Numbered from the stretch's first letter, positions 27,170 to 42,441 are shown. The stretch: DNA of 64,000 nt from Lama guanicoe (GCA_013239625.1 MU055600.1:12749010-12813009), one strand, 5' to 3'. Notes: generated from the letters alone by a model not told the origin. Program-made: numbers and translations.

Positions 27170-28410
27170 TATAGCTGTAGTTCATTCATTTTTAATTTAA
27201 TGAATTTAGTATTTTTATGTCAATATACCACAATTTAAATTTTCCATTCTTTGTCAAAGGACATCTGGGTTATTTCTAGTTTTTTTGCTATTATGAATCA
27301 CATTGGGGTGAATATCTTGTACACATCTTCTAGTACACGTGTGAGTTTCTCTAGGATTAGAGATGTTGAGTCAGAAAGTGTGCAAAATTCAACTTCACAA
27401 TATAAAGCTAAATTTTTTTCCGAAGTGGTTGACCAGTTTATATTCTTTTAGTGGTACATAAGATTTTCTGTTGATCCATATCCTCTCCAGCATATGATAT
27501 TGGAAAATCTCTTAATTTTTGGCAATCCCATTGTGATCTTATAATTTGTATTTCCCTAATTACTAATCAGGTTGAGCAACTTTTTTTATATTTATAGGCC
27601 TAATGCATTTCTTCTATGAAATGCTGTTCATGCCCTTTTGCCCATTTTTCTATCTAGCTGTTAGTCTTTTACTCAATTCATTCTGCATACTAAAGCTTTG
27701 TTGGCTCTCTGTGTAGCAAGCATCTTCCTTCAGGTTGTGGCTTACATTTTCAAGTTCATTAAAGAATTTTTTTTTTTAATCTGGGGTGGGTAATTAGGTT
27801 TATTTATTTATTTTTAGAGGAGGTACTGGGGATTGAACTCAGGACCTTGTGCATGCTAAGCATGCACGCTGTCACTTGAGCTATACCCTCCCCCAAAGAA
27901 TCTTTTTTATTGAACAGAAGCACTTGATTTTAATTTATCAATCTTTCCTTCCATGGCTAGTTCTTTCTGTGTCTTGAGAGGAAATTCTTCCCTATTCCAG
28001 GGACATAATGTATTCTCTTTATATGCCCTGAAACTTTTCAAACTTTCATGTATGTTCAATGATTTTTGTATATAGTGTGAAATAGGGATCTAATTTCATA
28101 TGTATACTATATAGTTAACTCATATGGATAACTAATCATGCTGGCATTGTTTAAAAATACTCTCTCTGTATTCCCCCTCCCCCACCTGCAATGTCATCCT
28201 TGTCACATAGCATGGTTGCATACATCTGTGGACCAGTTTCTGAGTAAACTTTCTGTTCTATTGGTCAATATATCTCTCCCTGAGCCAAACATTGTCTTAA
28301 CTATCAATTACTATTTGAACAATTTTACATTTTGATATCTGATAGGGCATGTCCTATCATATTATTGTTCAGAGATGTCTTGTCTTGGTTATCTGCCCTT
28401 CCATATACAT
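27170..28410 (-). mobile_element. Old L1M fragment
   Basis: Reverse-strand L1 ORF2 3'/UTR-like motifs, highly diverged. Confidence 0.6.
27775..27894 (-). mobile_element. tRNA-derived SINE (vic-1-like), inserted in an old L1 fragment
   Basis: Same body; flanking repeat AAAGAAT(T/C)TTTT on both sides. Confidence 0.85.
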
Positions 28411-30174
28411 TTTAAAGGACAACAACAAAAAGAACATAATTTAAAAGCATACACTCATTTATAATAGCAACAAAAAGTATAAGATACCTAAGAATGTATC
28501 TAATAGATGTACAGATTATAAAACAATTTTTAAACATTTTAAAAAGCCCAAATAAATAAACAGACCACATGCATTGACTAGTCATCATAAGATGTCAGTT
28601 CTTCCCATATTAATCCATAGGTATACTTCAAATCCAATCAAAATCCCAACATAGTTATTGTGAATCTTGACAAGCTAATATACTGTTTGCTCCCTACTTC
28701 CTTCCACTTGGAAGCATACAGAATTATAAAGTTAATATAAGATATAAAGCTTTAACCAAAATACGTCTTGGAATCCAAAATGTGATGAGCCTTATCTATT
28801 TTCAATGTTAGGTCTTTCTAAAATTAAAGTCCAGAATATTTCCTTTATTGTACTTCTGAGAATTAATTTTGAACTATTTGTCCTGTCTTTCAGAGTTCAT
28901 GTTATTAGCAAGCTGACCCTCTGAAATTGATGCTTAATTATCATCTCTTCCTTCATATGTCTCTAAGCACTTTTGCTGTCTAGATACGTTCTTCAAAGTC
29001 TATTTTCTATTTGACGAATTTACTGGTTCTACTTGTTATGTGAAGTGTTTATATATTCTCTACTCTGGCCATTCTTATTTAATAGACTCACTGTTCACTT
29101 CCTAATGTTCTTCACTGAGAAAAAAAAACTGAAGAACACAGATGTGATACAGTACCTTAAAGGAGGGCCTTGGACAATCATAAGGCATAGCATAAAAGGA
29201 CTTTTTTTAAAAAGCCAGTAGGAGAGCGAAGAAACAGCATAAACGCTGAAAAAAAGGGAATACTTTTTGCATACTTGCAAATCTAGGATAGTCACAATTA
29301 CCCTGAAAGGCTCTAGTGACCCCATAAACTGCTGACATCAAACAAAAGGCAAAGTCACAGAATCAAAGTAAAAGTATGATAATCCATTAAGTGCCTCAAA
29401 AATTTAACCTCTAGCAGCATTAATAATATTCTAACAATTTGGAACCACCTGCTAAATGCATCCAGTTGTAATTTATCTAAGGATAAAGATGTGAAAATAG
29501 TTTTGTCTTTCTGCCAAAAGCACCATTCTAAAAAAAAAAAAAGGCAAAAAACAAAACCAAAAATTTTGTATGAATATGTGTTCCTGACAAGGTTGCTAAA
29601 CAAATATTTAATAATAGAAAGTAGACAGTAGGAAGAAAATACCAAAAATTCCATAGGATAGTTCTCTCAGAGATTCCCTCCTTCAGTTTACGTCTTAGGG
29701 ATGAAGTTCATCACATGAAAATTTGAATAATTCTAGGTATAAAACAAAATTAAGCCATAGTTCGTCTTGAAGTCTGCCTGTTTTTGACAAATAAAGGTGG
29801 TAGCTTAGCCAAACTATCTTGTCTGCCTCATCTGTGCAAAAACTCACTTAAACATCTAAATAACCACTCACAGGCATTTTCTGAACACTGTCTCATTTTC
29901 CTTGTTCTCAACTGTACCCAACTGTCTCATATAAGGCTAGGCCTGGGAAACTTGTGACATGTCTTCAGTCTTACCTTTTCATCTTTCAATAACTTCCTCC
30001 CTTGTTCTATTCCATGTATTTGATAAGATCACAATGACCCCAGCACCTCATATTTCACTGCTCTTGCCTTCCCCACATATGCTGCACATAGATGTCCATT
30101 AAAACTCACTGTCCCAGGAGTATCTGTCAGAGTCTTGTTCTTTATTTTTAAATAAATTACAATATGCATAATAA

Positions 30175-31168
30175 TCAATAGAGTGAAAAGGCAGTCCACA
30201 CAACAGGAAAAATATTTGTAATCATGTATCTGATAAGGAGTTATTAATATTTAGGATAAAAGAACTCTTAGAACTCAATAACCAAAAACCCCCAAATAAC
30301 TCAATTAAAAAATGGACAAAGAAGTTGAAGATATATTTCTCCAAAGAAGATGTACAAATGGTCAACAAAGCACATGAAACCATTCTCAACATGACTAATC
30401 ACTCAAGTAATGCAAATCAAAACCACAATGAGATATCACTTCATATACATTAGGATGACTACTATTAAAAAAAAAAAAACCCCAGAAAATAAGTGCTGGC
30501 AAAGATATGGAGAAACTGAAACCCGTGTACACTGTTGGTGGGAATGTAAAATGGTGCAGTCTCTATGGAAAACAGTACGGTGTTTCCTAAAAAATAAAAA
30601 ATAGACTTGTCATATGATCCAGCAATTCTACTTCTGGGTATACACCCAAAAGAATCAAAGGCAAGGTCTCAAAGATATAGGTGTACCCACATGTTTATAG
30701 CAGTATTATTCACAACAGCTGAACGATGGAAGCACTCCAGGTTTTCATCAGTGGATGAAGAAACAAAATGTGGGATATACATACAAAAGAATATTATTCA
30801 GCCTTAAAAAGGAAGAAATTTGAAAACATGATACAATATGGTTAAACTCTGAGGACAGTATGCTAAGTGAAATAATCCAGTCATAAAAAAGACATATGCT
30901 GTATGATTCCACTTATATGAGGTACCCAGAGAAGTCAAATTCATTAAGAGATAGAAAGTAAGGTGTTTGACAAAGTTTGGGAGTAGAGGAGAAACCTGAG
31001 TTATCGTAAATGGGTACAGAGTTTCAGTTCTGCAATATGAAAAAGTTCTGAAGATGGATGATGGTGATGGTTGCAAAACAATGTGTATGAATGTACTTAA
31101 TACCACTGAATTGTACACTTAAAAACAGTAAATTATGTTATGCGTATTCTAACACAATTAAAAAAAAT
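30175..31168 (+). mobile_element. L1 3' fragment (ORF2 C-terminus plus 3'UTR, A tail)
   Basis: ORF peptides [10 protein letters not shown]...HCWWECK and YDPAILLLGIHPKE are L1 ORF2p Cys-rich domain motifs. Confidence 0.9.
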
Positions 31169-31970
31169 TACAGCCAGTACATAATTAGCTCATCCCAAGG
31201 CTAGTTTAAACCCTTTTCTTATCTGAGCCTTAAATTTTCTAAATTAAGTAAGAGTTTCTGTCTAATTGTCAAAATGGTTAGAGTGAATTCTGTATTTTTG
31301 TTCACTTCTCCCTCTCATCCTACGCAGGTGACTAACGAGGGCAATGGATTGTACTGCAGTTCTTTCTACTAACTTGTTCTGTTAACTCTGAGTAAGTCAC
31401 TTTGTCAAAAAGATTATTAAATAAAGTATTTTAGTCTTCTCATCAATCCCCCCCAAATAACAACAACACTGGAAGTCGTCTTAAATCTTATGTCTCAGAT
31501 GTACTTTTCATTAAAAAGACTTCAAAATTGTCTGCAGGGAAGGAAGAAGCAATAACACAATATGTAAAGGAAGGTCCATTCAAGATGCTGTGTTATCTCT
31601 CAATAATGAGTTAAACTATACAAATCCTATGACAAATAATAAGACAGCAAATAGACAGTTTTAAAAACTACATTTCAATGACCTACAACCAAAAAAGGGC
31701 TGAAACTCAGCCTTTCTGGAAATGGAAATGCCAAGGAAAATGCCAATAAATGAGATGCTCATAAAAAATGTCTCCATCTATTCTCTTTTTCATGTTCTTT
31801 CTGAGTTGGACAATTTTAGTTACTTTTTGTTCATTTAGTCTAGCTCCCTTGTTGATAGGAAAACTTTGTCATCACTTTCTACATACATCTCACTTTTATT
31901 CTTTTTCTTTGTGCATTTATGCTTTGGTTCCTTAACCTACCTCAAGTTCTCTAAAGGTAAGGTCATGTCT

Positions 31971-32463
31971 CACTCTTTGACATAAATTGTAGCAATTTTT
32001 TTTTTCAAACAGCTCCTAGAGTAATGGAAATAAAAGCAAAAATAAAGAAATGGGACCTAATTAAACTTAAAAGCTTTTGCACAGCAAAGGAAAGCATAAA
32101 CAAACAAAAAGACAACCTACAGAATGGGAGAAAATATTTGTAAATGACGCACCCAACAAGGGACTAATTCTTAAAATATATAAACAGTTCATACAGCTTA
32201 ATATCAAAAAACCAAATAATCCAATCAAAAAGTGGGCAGAAGACCTAAATAGACATTTCTCCAAAGAAGACATCCACATGACCAGCAGGTACACGAAAAG
32301 ATGCTCAATACTGGTAATTATTAGAGAAATGTAAATCAAAATGACAATGAGGTATCATCTTATACCAGTCAGAATGGCCATCATCAAAAAGTCTACAAGG
32401 AATACATGCTGGAGCGAGTGTGTAGAAAAGGGAACTCTCCTACACTGTTGGTGGGAATGTAAA
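31971..32463 (+). mobile_element. L1 ORF2 fragment (relatively young)
   Basis: ORF 32077..32334 [11 protein letters not shown]...[19 protein letters not shown]. Confidence 0.9.
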
Positions 32464-32679
32464 AGAGTAAGAGTTTTGGTAAGAAAATACCAATTAGGCT
32501 GACGCATCTTTGGCAAATATAATTACATGCAAAACTTCTTTAAACTATATAAAATTAGCAGTGAAATATAACTATAGTGACTGAGACTTAAAAATTATAA
32601 TAGAATGATACATATATATGTATATATATATCTCTCTACACTAGAAGGTTTACTATATCATGAAATAGACACTTTTCTA

Positions 32680-35630
32680 AGGAAATAACAATGGCCCAAA
32701 TTGATTCAAGAAGTGTAGAACATATGAATAAACCAATAACCATGAAATTAATTTAAAAGATGCCTGAAAAAAACACTCAAAAACTTTCCATGCCTGAAGT
32801 GGTTTTAAGGTTTGATCACAATGTAATGAAATTAGCCATCACTATTAGGAAATTTGGGGAATTCACCAATATGTACAGATTAGACAGCATGCTCTTAAAT
32901 AACCAACTGGCAAAGAAGAAATCACAAGGAAAATTTTAAAATACTTGTAGATGAATGAAAACATAATACACCTTATGGGATGCAGTGAAAACAGTGCTTA
33001 CAAATACATAGCTGTGTACATCTATATTAAAAAAGATCACAAATCAATAACCTAAACTTCCACCTTAAGAAACTGGAAAAAGAATTGCAAACTAACTCAA
33101 AGCAACTAGAAGGAAAAAAAAGATCAGAGTGGAAATAAAAAAAAGAATAGAAAAATATAGGAAATCAATTAAACCAAAAGTTTGTTCTTTGAAAAGATCA
33201 ATGAAATTGACAAATCTTCAGTAAGACTCACTAAGAAAAATAGAGAAGAGTCAAACGACTAAAATCAGAAACAAAAAGAAGAGACCACCACTGCTAATCT
33301 TACAGAAATAAAAAAGACTATCAGGGAATAGTATGGACAACTGTATATAAACAAATTAGATAACCTGGACAAAATGAACAAATTCCTAGAAAGGCACAAG
33401 CTACTAAAACCCACTGAAGGTGAAACAGAAAATTTGAGTATAGCTATAATAAGAGACTGAATTAATAATAAAAATTACCAGAAGTAATAAAAAAACTACC
33501 ACAAGAATCTACAAAACCCAAACTTATAGAAACAAGAGTAGAATGATGGTTGCCAGAGGCTAAAGGGTAGGGGAAATAGGGAGATGTTGGTCAAAGGATA
33601 TAAGCTTCCAGGTACAAGATGAATACATTTTGGCAATTTAACGTACATCATGGTAATTATAGTAAACAATACTGTATATACTTGAAAGCTGTTGAGTAAA
33701 TCTTAAATGTTCTTACTACAAAAAGAAATGGTAATTATGGGAGGTGATTGAGGTGTTAACTAACCCTATCGGTTTATAATATGTAAGTGTATCAAATCAC
33801 CACATTGTACATCTCAAATTTACACAATGTTTTATGTCAGTTATATCTCAATAAAGCTGTTTAAAAAAAACTACTCACAAAGAAAAGCTCCGGACCAGAT
33901 GGCTTCACTGGTGAATCCTACCAAGAATTTAAAGAAGACTTAATACCAATCCTTCACAAACTGTTCCAAAAAACAGATGAGGAGGGAACACTCCCCAACT
34001 CATTTTTTGAGGCCAGTATTACTCTGATACAAGGATACCAGAAATTGACATGTCAAAAAAATAGAACTATAGATCATTATCACTGATGACTACAGATGTC
34101 AGTATCTTCAACAAAACATAGATCTTCAACTTATGATGGGGTTACATACTGATAAATCCATCATAAACTGAAATTAAATTACTGTTAAGTCAAAAAGGCA
34201 TTTAATATACCTAACATACTGAACATCATAGCTTAGCCTAGCCTATCTCAAGCATGCTCAGAACACTTACTAGCATATAGTTAGGTACAGTAATCTAACA
34301 CAAAGCCTATAACAAGATGTTGAACATCTCATGTAATTTACTGAATACCATTCTGAAAGTGAAAAGCAGAATGGTTGAATGGGTACAGAATGGTTCTAAG
34401 TGTACTGGTTGTTCACCCTCATGACAGTGTGGCTGACTGGGAGCCATGACTCACTGCTGCTGCTGTGCAGCATCACAAGAGAGTATCTTACTGCGTACCA
34501 CTAGCACGGGGAAAGATCAAAACTCAAAGTATGGTTTCTATTAAACATGTATCACTTTTGTGCCATTATAAAGTTAAAAAATTGTAAGTTCAACCATCGC
34601 ATGTCAAGGACCACTTGTGCTAGCTAACAGAATCTAGCAACATGTGAAAAGAATTATGCACCATGACCAAGAGGCTTTCTCCCAGGAATGCAAGGCTGGT
34701 TTAACACATGAGTATAATACACCATATTAATACTACACGATTATCTCAATAGATCCAAGAAAAACATTTGACAAAATCCAACATCCTTCCATAATCCTTC
34801 TATGATAAAAACATTCAACAAAGTAGGAACAGAAGGAAACACCTTCAATCCGGTAAAGGGCATCTATGAAAAACCTACCACTAACATCATACTTAATGGT
34901 GAAAGACTGACAGTTTCCTGTAAAAGATCAGGAACAAAAGAGGGATGTCCACTCTGACCACTTCTATCCAACATTGTACTGGAGGTTCTAGTCACAGCCA
35001 TTAGGATTTATTTGGAATGCAAAATGGCAGAGCAGCTTTGAAGAAGAGTCTGGGAATTTCTCAGTGGGTTGAACAAAGAGTTATCACATGACTCAGCAGT
35101 TACATTCCTAAGTATATACCCAAGAGACTGAAAACATTAAATCCACATAAAAATTGTACACATATGTTCATTGCAGCATTATTTATAACAAACGGCACAA
35201 AGTGGAAATGACCCAGATATCCATCAACTAATGAATGATTAAGCAAAATGTGGAACACCTACGGAAAGTTATTCAATCATTAAAAGGAATATAGTACTGA
35301 TATATGCTACAACATGGATGAGCTTTGAAAACATTATGCTAAATTAAGGAAGCCAGACGTAATAGGCCATATATTCCATGATTCCTTTACATTAAATATC
35401 CAGAATAAGCAAATTCATAGAGACAAAGTAGATTAGTGACTGCCATGAATTGGGGGTAAGGGTGGTTAGGGACTGACTGAGTAATAAATACAGGTTTCCT
35501 TTTGGGGTGATAAGATGTTTTAGAATCAGTAATGGTTGTACAACCTTGTGAATGTAATAAAAACCACTGAATTGTATAATTTAAAAGGGTAAATTTTATG
35601 TTGCCTGACTTATATCTCAACAAAAAATAA
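32680..35630 (+). mobile_element. Fragmented L1 (ORF2 plus 3' end) with nested insertions
   Basis: L1 ORF2 motifs (GGACCAGATGGCTTCACTGGTGAAT, CCAGGAATGCAAGGCTGGTTTAAC); nested L1 3'UTR at ~33505-33870 flanked by an AAAAAACTAC-like repeat. Confidence 0.85.
34119..34618 (+). mobile_element. MER47/Tigger5-like element inside L1 ORF2
   Basis: CAACTTATGATGGGGTTACA...CATAGCTTAGCCTAGCCTA...GTAAGTTCAACCATCG; L1 sequence resumes on both sides. Confidence 0.75.
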
Positions 35631-38370
35631 AGATAAATATAGTGTCCCCCATTATCTGTAGAAATAAAATGACATCAATAAAATCCAAATTAATAATATT
35701 AAATTTAATGTCATATTGCTTTGCTGAAATTACATACTGTTTACAACATGGATATGCCTCAGGTTCTTTTGCATTTATCACTCCTACATTGCCCTGGGCT
35801 GTATGATGAATAAAATTTCACACTATTTTTCTCTATCAGAACTACCCCAGGCCTCCATTTATATAGCCCATCTTGACATCATTAAGTAATAAATGCGATG
35901 TTGGAGGAAAAGAAAAAGGAGCATCTAGGATAATCTGAGGTCTTTGCTTTTTGGGTTAACTTGATGAAATAGTAATCTTTAACTAAAACAGGAATACTTC
36001 GGTGGGGAAAGGTGCCTAGATTGGTTTTGATGATGAATTTGTAGTACCTGAGGGACAGCTAGATGGAGCTGTTTAGCAGGTAAATGGATGTATGGATTTG
36101 AAGCTTGCAATATTGAGTCTAGACCTGAAACAGACTCAGAAGATAGTACTCTAGAGAATGACGGCTTGAAGTCAAAGAAGAACCTGTGAAGGTATGATCA
36201 GAGAAGTAGAAGAATCTTTCAAGAAAAGCAACACATGGGGGAAGCCAAAGGAAGAGAACTTTTTAAAAGCAGTATTGCTTTCCACAGAGGCAACAATTAG
36301 TATTGAAATGAGTCTTTCATTGGCAGGTCATGCTGACTTCTGGGAGAGGGCTGAAAAAGAGACAGTAAGGTCAGTTATTTAAAGAGGCTTGGCTACCAAG
36401 GAAAGGTGAGAGAGCAGTGCCTGAAATGTAGGAGAGATGATTTTTTCTAATCTGAAGAGAGTTAGTAGAGGGGAAGAGACTATGAGAACAAAACTTGGTT
36501 TAGGTCACTTCTCTACCCCTAGCAACTATTAGGGTACCTGAGACATAACAAACAAACAAAACCTGCAGAATGTTGAATGGAGAGAGGAAAAGGGTGAGGT
36601 CAAGCAAGAAGGGGATGGTATTAGTAAGGAGGATGGGGAAGAGGTGATGGAGAGGGAATAAACATTTTCTGATCATCCATTAAACTTCAGCCTGTTTTTA
36701 TGTTCAAAATCCTTGAAATAACCTGGAAAAGAAGGCATTATTGTTTCCATTTTATACTCCATCAAAGTGAAGAGATTAGATACCCAAGGTCATTCATCTG
36801 CTGAGGGACAGAGACAGTATGCACATACGGTTTCATCTACCCACAAAGCTCCTGCTCTTCCACTGCACCTTGAAAATGAACGTATGAAGTAAGAAAAAGA
36901 CTTGCTCGATAATGAGCAGAAAGAAGATGAGTTTCAAAAGGGCAGTATGAGTATCTACTAACATCTGAGGAGGATGGACAAGGAGCTACCCAGGGCAAGT
37001 AAAAGGAGTGATGAGTAATAGTGAGGACCTAACTGAAATTAATCCTGGAGCAGGTGAGAGCAGTTCAATGAATCATGTGGGTCTAATTTGGATAAGTAAG
37101 AAGTGAAGCCAGGAAGTAGCTGGATACCAAGAGAAAATGGAGAGGTCAAGGGATTATTTTTTAGAGTTTACAATAATACTGAATGAGAAGCAATTTCAGA
37201 GGCACAAAGGAGTCTTCAATCACCATCACCCCCATTTCACTTCAACAAACTTCAAATGCCCACTCTTGCTGGCTGCTCTATTTCTGTAATTTACTTTTAT
37301 AACAACATAAAAACAAGGGACACATTTGTTCTGGGTTACCTGATCCCTTGTAGTTAAATAATCTTTGCCCTAGACAAGGAGCTTATTAAAAATGAACAAT
37401 GGAGACCATCAAATTTCCTAACTCTATCAAAGGCTTTATCCTTTCCCTGCCACCTCACATAGCACAAGATAGGGCCAGTAAACAACAGCAGGTACAAAAG
37501 GCTGAGCGGCAGAACCACCAGAGTTCTTGAATACCTGGCATAACACAAAGATTAGCCTAGTATTATCCCTTTGGTTCCTAAATATTTCCATTTAGTACAG
37601 TAGGGCTATTTTCCAATAGAATTGTACCTATTTTGTGGGAGTCAGTCAGCCAGATGAGAAATATAAACCTGTGCTTACTATAACTTTTCAGAAATACATC
37701 TTTTTCAGAAATTGAGGATTGTCTTACTATCAATATGAGGTTCTCTCTTCTGAGATTGCTGTATTTAATAATGGCAAGGAAATCTCTTTGATTGGACAAA
37801 CGTTACTGAAAAGGAAACACAGAACCATTGGAAATGTGTAGTCCTATGACTTTCCATTCGCCTCAGAGGGTACCACAAACCCACCCCACCTGTAAAGCTT
37901 CTGGACTTAACAAAAGCCCATCAACCCCAATCATAGCCTGATACCTCCATGGTCCTGACTCACAAACCCAGGAAAACCTGAGATCCTCAATATTATTAGC
38001 CAGGGAATACTAGGTAGTCAAACAGCGTATAAAACTGGATAGTTAGCAAATGAACAGAGCTTATTACCCTTAAGAAGCCATTATGTATAAAATTATAATT
38101 AGCTTCAAGAAAGTTGTAGGTATATCTGCAGTTCAAAGATTAGAAGGAAGATGAGAGTAGAAATATTTGATCCGTATACCTTTGGAGATCAAGGAAAATA
38201 CTGGCTTGGATGGTTAAATGACCTACTATAACTTTCATTTCTTATGTTCATGTGATCTTCATGTAAGACTGTGGCTACAGCAGAATATAAAGCTCAGGAC
38301 TATTAACTCATCTCAAAAATCCAACTACTGTTCTATATAAACACATATACTTTGGCCTAACAGACTAGAC

Positions 38371-38567
38371 CAGTGCTTTTCAAATTATAGGTAATGATAT
38401 TGACTTTGTGGGCTACAACCTAATTTTATACAAAATGAAATATAAAAATATCAGGATGCATCACATACAGTATGATTTGGTAAAAAATTTTTTTCTAGTA
38501 TGTGTGTACAAAATTAATATTTATTTCTTACTGTTGGTTACAGTCAAAAAAAGCCTGAAAGCCACTA
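38371..38567. mobile_element. hAT-type MITE
   Basis: Ends CAGTGCTTTTCA...TGAAAGCCACTA with an 8-bp TSD GACTAGAC (38363-38370, 38568-38575), the TSD length typical of hAT elements. Confidence 0.7.
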
Positions 38568-41064
38568 GACTAGACTGCATCAGAATTAATCAGCAACAAT
38601 GACTCATTTCCAAGGTCTAAATACTTTTTCAAAATTATTGACTTAGTCCTCATGCAGCAGTCCTGTGAAGGAGATAAGAACAGCTATACCTTGTTTGAAA
38701 ATAACTGGTCTCATTTTGAAAGTCAAACAGAAGTTCAGAGGGAATTAATTTTCAATCCATTCAACATATGCTAACTCTAGAAAAAATGAACCAAAAATTT
38801 ATAATACTGCTCCCTCTGAGTATGCATTTCCTCCAAAATTAAAGATGCCATTAGTATAAAAGTTCTACTCTGGTGACAAAAAAGGAAAAAGATCTAAATC
38901 CATGCATTTATTTTTTGACATTTTCCTTACATAAAATTTTTTTAAATCTTCTGTGAAAGTCATTTTTATATTTGCTAACCACTACTGAACCTAACTGAAC
39001 CTTATAACAACTCTGATCTTAAACATATTTTGATAGGAACTGAGAAGTTACTACTGTTATTAAGAATTTTCCAGTCTCCATGGAGACAAACATGTTACCA
39101 CTGACTCTCCTACACTTTGAAAAGTACCTGCACTTTCAGGAAACCTTAAAGACTCTATAATTAGGCTTAGAGAATCCACTCAGAGCTTGAGTCCCAGTGA
39201 TCAAGTGGGAAGAGTAGTTTATTCATAGACCCTTTTTGTATAGCAACACAGTCCAGTTTACTTGACCCCAAATCCTGAAGCCATGTGGAACCTCTAGAGA
39301 TGACCCATCACACTCAGGAATCTGAAAGAGGTAACAATGGGAAGTCCCCACAACTCCCAGAACCTAGACCCAACTCACTATTATAAAGTCACAAGGATAC
39401 TGCTGAAAGATACACTTGCCAAATTACAACAGTATTTACTGAGACTTCACTAGGTTCCTAGTCTGGTGTTCCTAGGAGGTAATTATTAGGTACTTACTCA
39501 ACAAATACTTCCTTCATGTATATTTTCACATTTAAGTACCAGGAAAAAAGAAAGGCGAGAGAACAGGAGTTATCACCCTCCCTGTTTTACAAAGAGGTTG
39601 TAATAAAAAAGATGCCCAAACCTAACAAACCAAGACAGTTGTGGAATGAGGTGCTTGTCTTTTATCTCCTGGTCTAGTTGTCTTTCCCTGCGTGGCAGGA
39701 AATCCTGCTCAGAAATCTGGAGGATGTCATTCTGAAGGCTTGCCACTCACTAATCAATAGATTATTTCATTCTTTTTACCTCTATGTGGCTGTGACCATA
39801 CAAATGGTACTTACCTAACTACAGCAAATCCTTATCTAGGTAAGAAAATATAATAGAAAAATTCAATTACTACCTCTGTTTTAATCAGCTGAAAGATTAC
39901 ATATACAAATGGCAGTGAAAAACTGTACACAGGAAAATGCTGTTTTAGGGGTTGGGAATGCAGTAAACTGGCAAGAAGTTATACTGGCTAGTAGTAGTGC
40001 TTATGATTTAGCTTCTAGGCTCTACTGAACCAGTAACTCTCATTACCCTACCTGATGTTCAAAGCAGATGTGCTCCCTTACACATAAAGGCTCTGGAACC
40101 TGTGAGAAGTCAACACAATGCTACCCATTCACTGTTTATTTTAATGGATCTCTGCTTCCTCTAAACGCACACTATCTTATTTATTTTTATACTGCTTTGT
40201 GTCAAAGGGCTTTCAAACAGATACAGACTAGAGAAAGATAATAAATGTTATAATAATAAATGTCCTCTGACTTAAGATTGCCAGCTTCTCGGCGACTTGT
40301 GAGCTCTACACATATACATATATACAGTCTTCTTACATACTGCCAAAAACTTCTTCAGTCCTTCGTCTAATCTGATATCACATTTCTTATGTTCTTGTGG
40401 CATTCTTCATAGTCTAGGATTAAGACACTTAATAAATGTGTGACTTTAGGTGAATTTTTCAGCTAAGTCTTGGTTCTCTTATGGGGATACCTACCCCACA
40501 GTAGTGTTATCATATATATTTATCCTAACTTGTAATCAAGATACAGATATGATATATGATTTGATATATGTCACATATGATACATACATTCTGCCTAACC
40601 TGTAACCAAATAAATTAATTCAATTAAATATTTGTTTATTGACAAAGATTTTTTAAATATATGAATCATCTGCTTTTAGTGAGTATGTGAGAAAACAAGT
40701 ATTCTCTTATTCCGGTAGTGGGTAAGATAGTAAAAACTTTTCTGAAGGATAATGTAACAATATCTAAATCCAAAGCTTTAAAACATGCACATGCCCCTTG
40801 ACTCAGAAATATAATTTCCAGAGACTTGTCCTAGGAAAATAACTAATGATTTAGGCAAAAAAATGTTTCTCAAAGTATTCTTTTATAGTATAAAACTGGA
40901 AATAAGGTAAATGTCCTATAATAGGAAGTAGTTATAATTGTAATACATTAAGTCTTAAAGGAAAAAAATTTCTCACTGAAAGCTAAGAATGGTGAAATTC
41001 AAACCATGAAGAAGCTTGGAGTATCAGTCTTCTTTTTCCCCACCTCATATAAAGCATGTGTTTT

Positions 41065-41650
41065 TTAAATTGAGGCATTAGACACAGTATAGTGCACAAA
41101 TCCTACATGTGCAGCTTGACAAATTTTTACATATGTTCAAACCCAGATCAAGATACAGAACATTTCCAGTGCCTCCTCCCCGACTGTAACCATACCACCA
41201 CCTCCACCTATCACAAACTGATCATCAGTGATCAGTTTGCCTGTTTTTGAACATTACGGAATCATACAGAATGTATTCTCTTGTGTCTGGCTTTTTTTCA
41301 CTCAACCCTGTATTTCTGACATTCATCCACATTTTTGTGGGCATCAGTAGTCTGATTCTTTTTATTGATGAGTAGTACTCCATTGTACAAATATACTACA
41401 AATCTGCTTATCCAGTGTCGTGTTGATGGACATCTGGGTATTCAGTCTTCTGCTGTTATGGGTAAAGCTGCTATGTATGAGCATTACTGTACAAGTCTTT
41501 GGTGGACATAAACACTCATTTCTCTTGGGTATATGCCTAGACAGACTGCTAAGTCACAAGGTAGGCATGTGTTTAACTACAGTAGATCAGGCCAGTTTTC
41601 TAAAGCAGCTGTATCAATTTACTCTCCTATTAACAATGTTTGAGAGCTCC
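41065..41650 (-). mobile_element. Old L1M 3' fragment
   Basis: Reverse L1 3'UTR motifs (GGAATCATACAG, GATGGACATCTGGG). Confidence 0.7.
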
Positions 41651-41757
41651 TCTATAAAGTTTTTAAAATGTAAAAAAGCTCTTAAGCTGAAACACAACAG
41701 TTTTAAGACTTCTGGGAGTTTTTTTTGTATTGCTTTTTCTCTTTCTATCTTTTAGAG

Positions 41758-42441
41758 CAGGGGTAACATAAGCAGAGTGTTCAAACCTCAGGGGATACAC
41801 AAGATGATTTCACGGGGTGTGAGAAGAAAACAGTACAACCTATTCTAGTTTCATATTCTTTCACCTAAAGAGTAAATTTTACTAATATTTAATATATAAA
41901 TTAACACTAACGTGCTTATTTAGATGGTTGTATTTATTCACTTTAGGCATATTTTGATTTTCTGCCACTTGTGTTTACATGGTTGAGAATTATGGAACAT
42001 CTACTTCTAAATGAACTCTCAATAAATGGACAAGTAGCTAATGGAATCCTACCAAGGTAACACTAATAATGAAAGAAGCACATAAGCAAACAAGGATATG
42101 GCTGAGCTGATAGTTCTATAAAATCTCTTTAGAAGGTAAAAACTATGACCATCTAGTCAGATCTCACAAGAAGGAGGCAAAAAACATTTCCAAAAATTAG
42201 TACTTTTAAAAGTACAGACTTAATTTAATACTATTAATGATATTTTGCCAATTAGATTTTTATAACAAAGTATTATTTATATCATCTGTCCTCCCTTTTA
42301 ATTTTTTATATTTAGTTTATAGTGTATACAATAGCACAAAGTACATGTATATATAAAAGTAAATTTACACATATTAGAGATGCATGCTCAAATTTTTTTT
42401 ACCAACAGAGTACACAATCAAAAGGCTTTAGGAGACTCTTG
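41758..42441 (+). mobile_element. hAT-Charlie-like fragment
   Basis: CAGGGG...ACAAGATGATTTCACGGGGTGTGAGAAGAAAA start and GTACACAATCAAAAA...GGAGACTCTTG end resemble Charlie elements. Confidence 0.45.
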
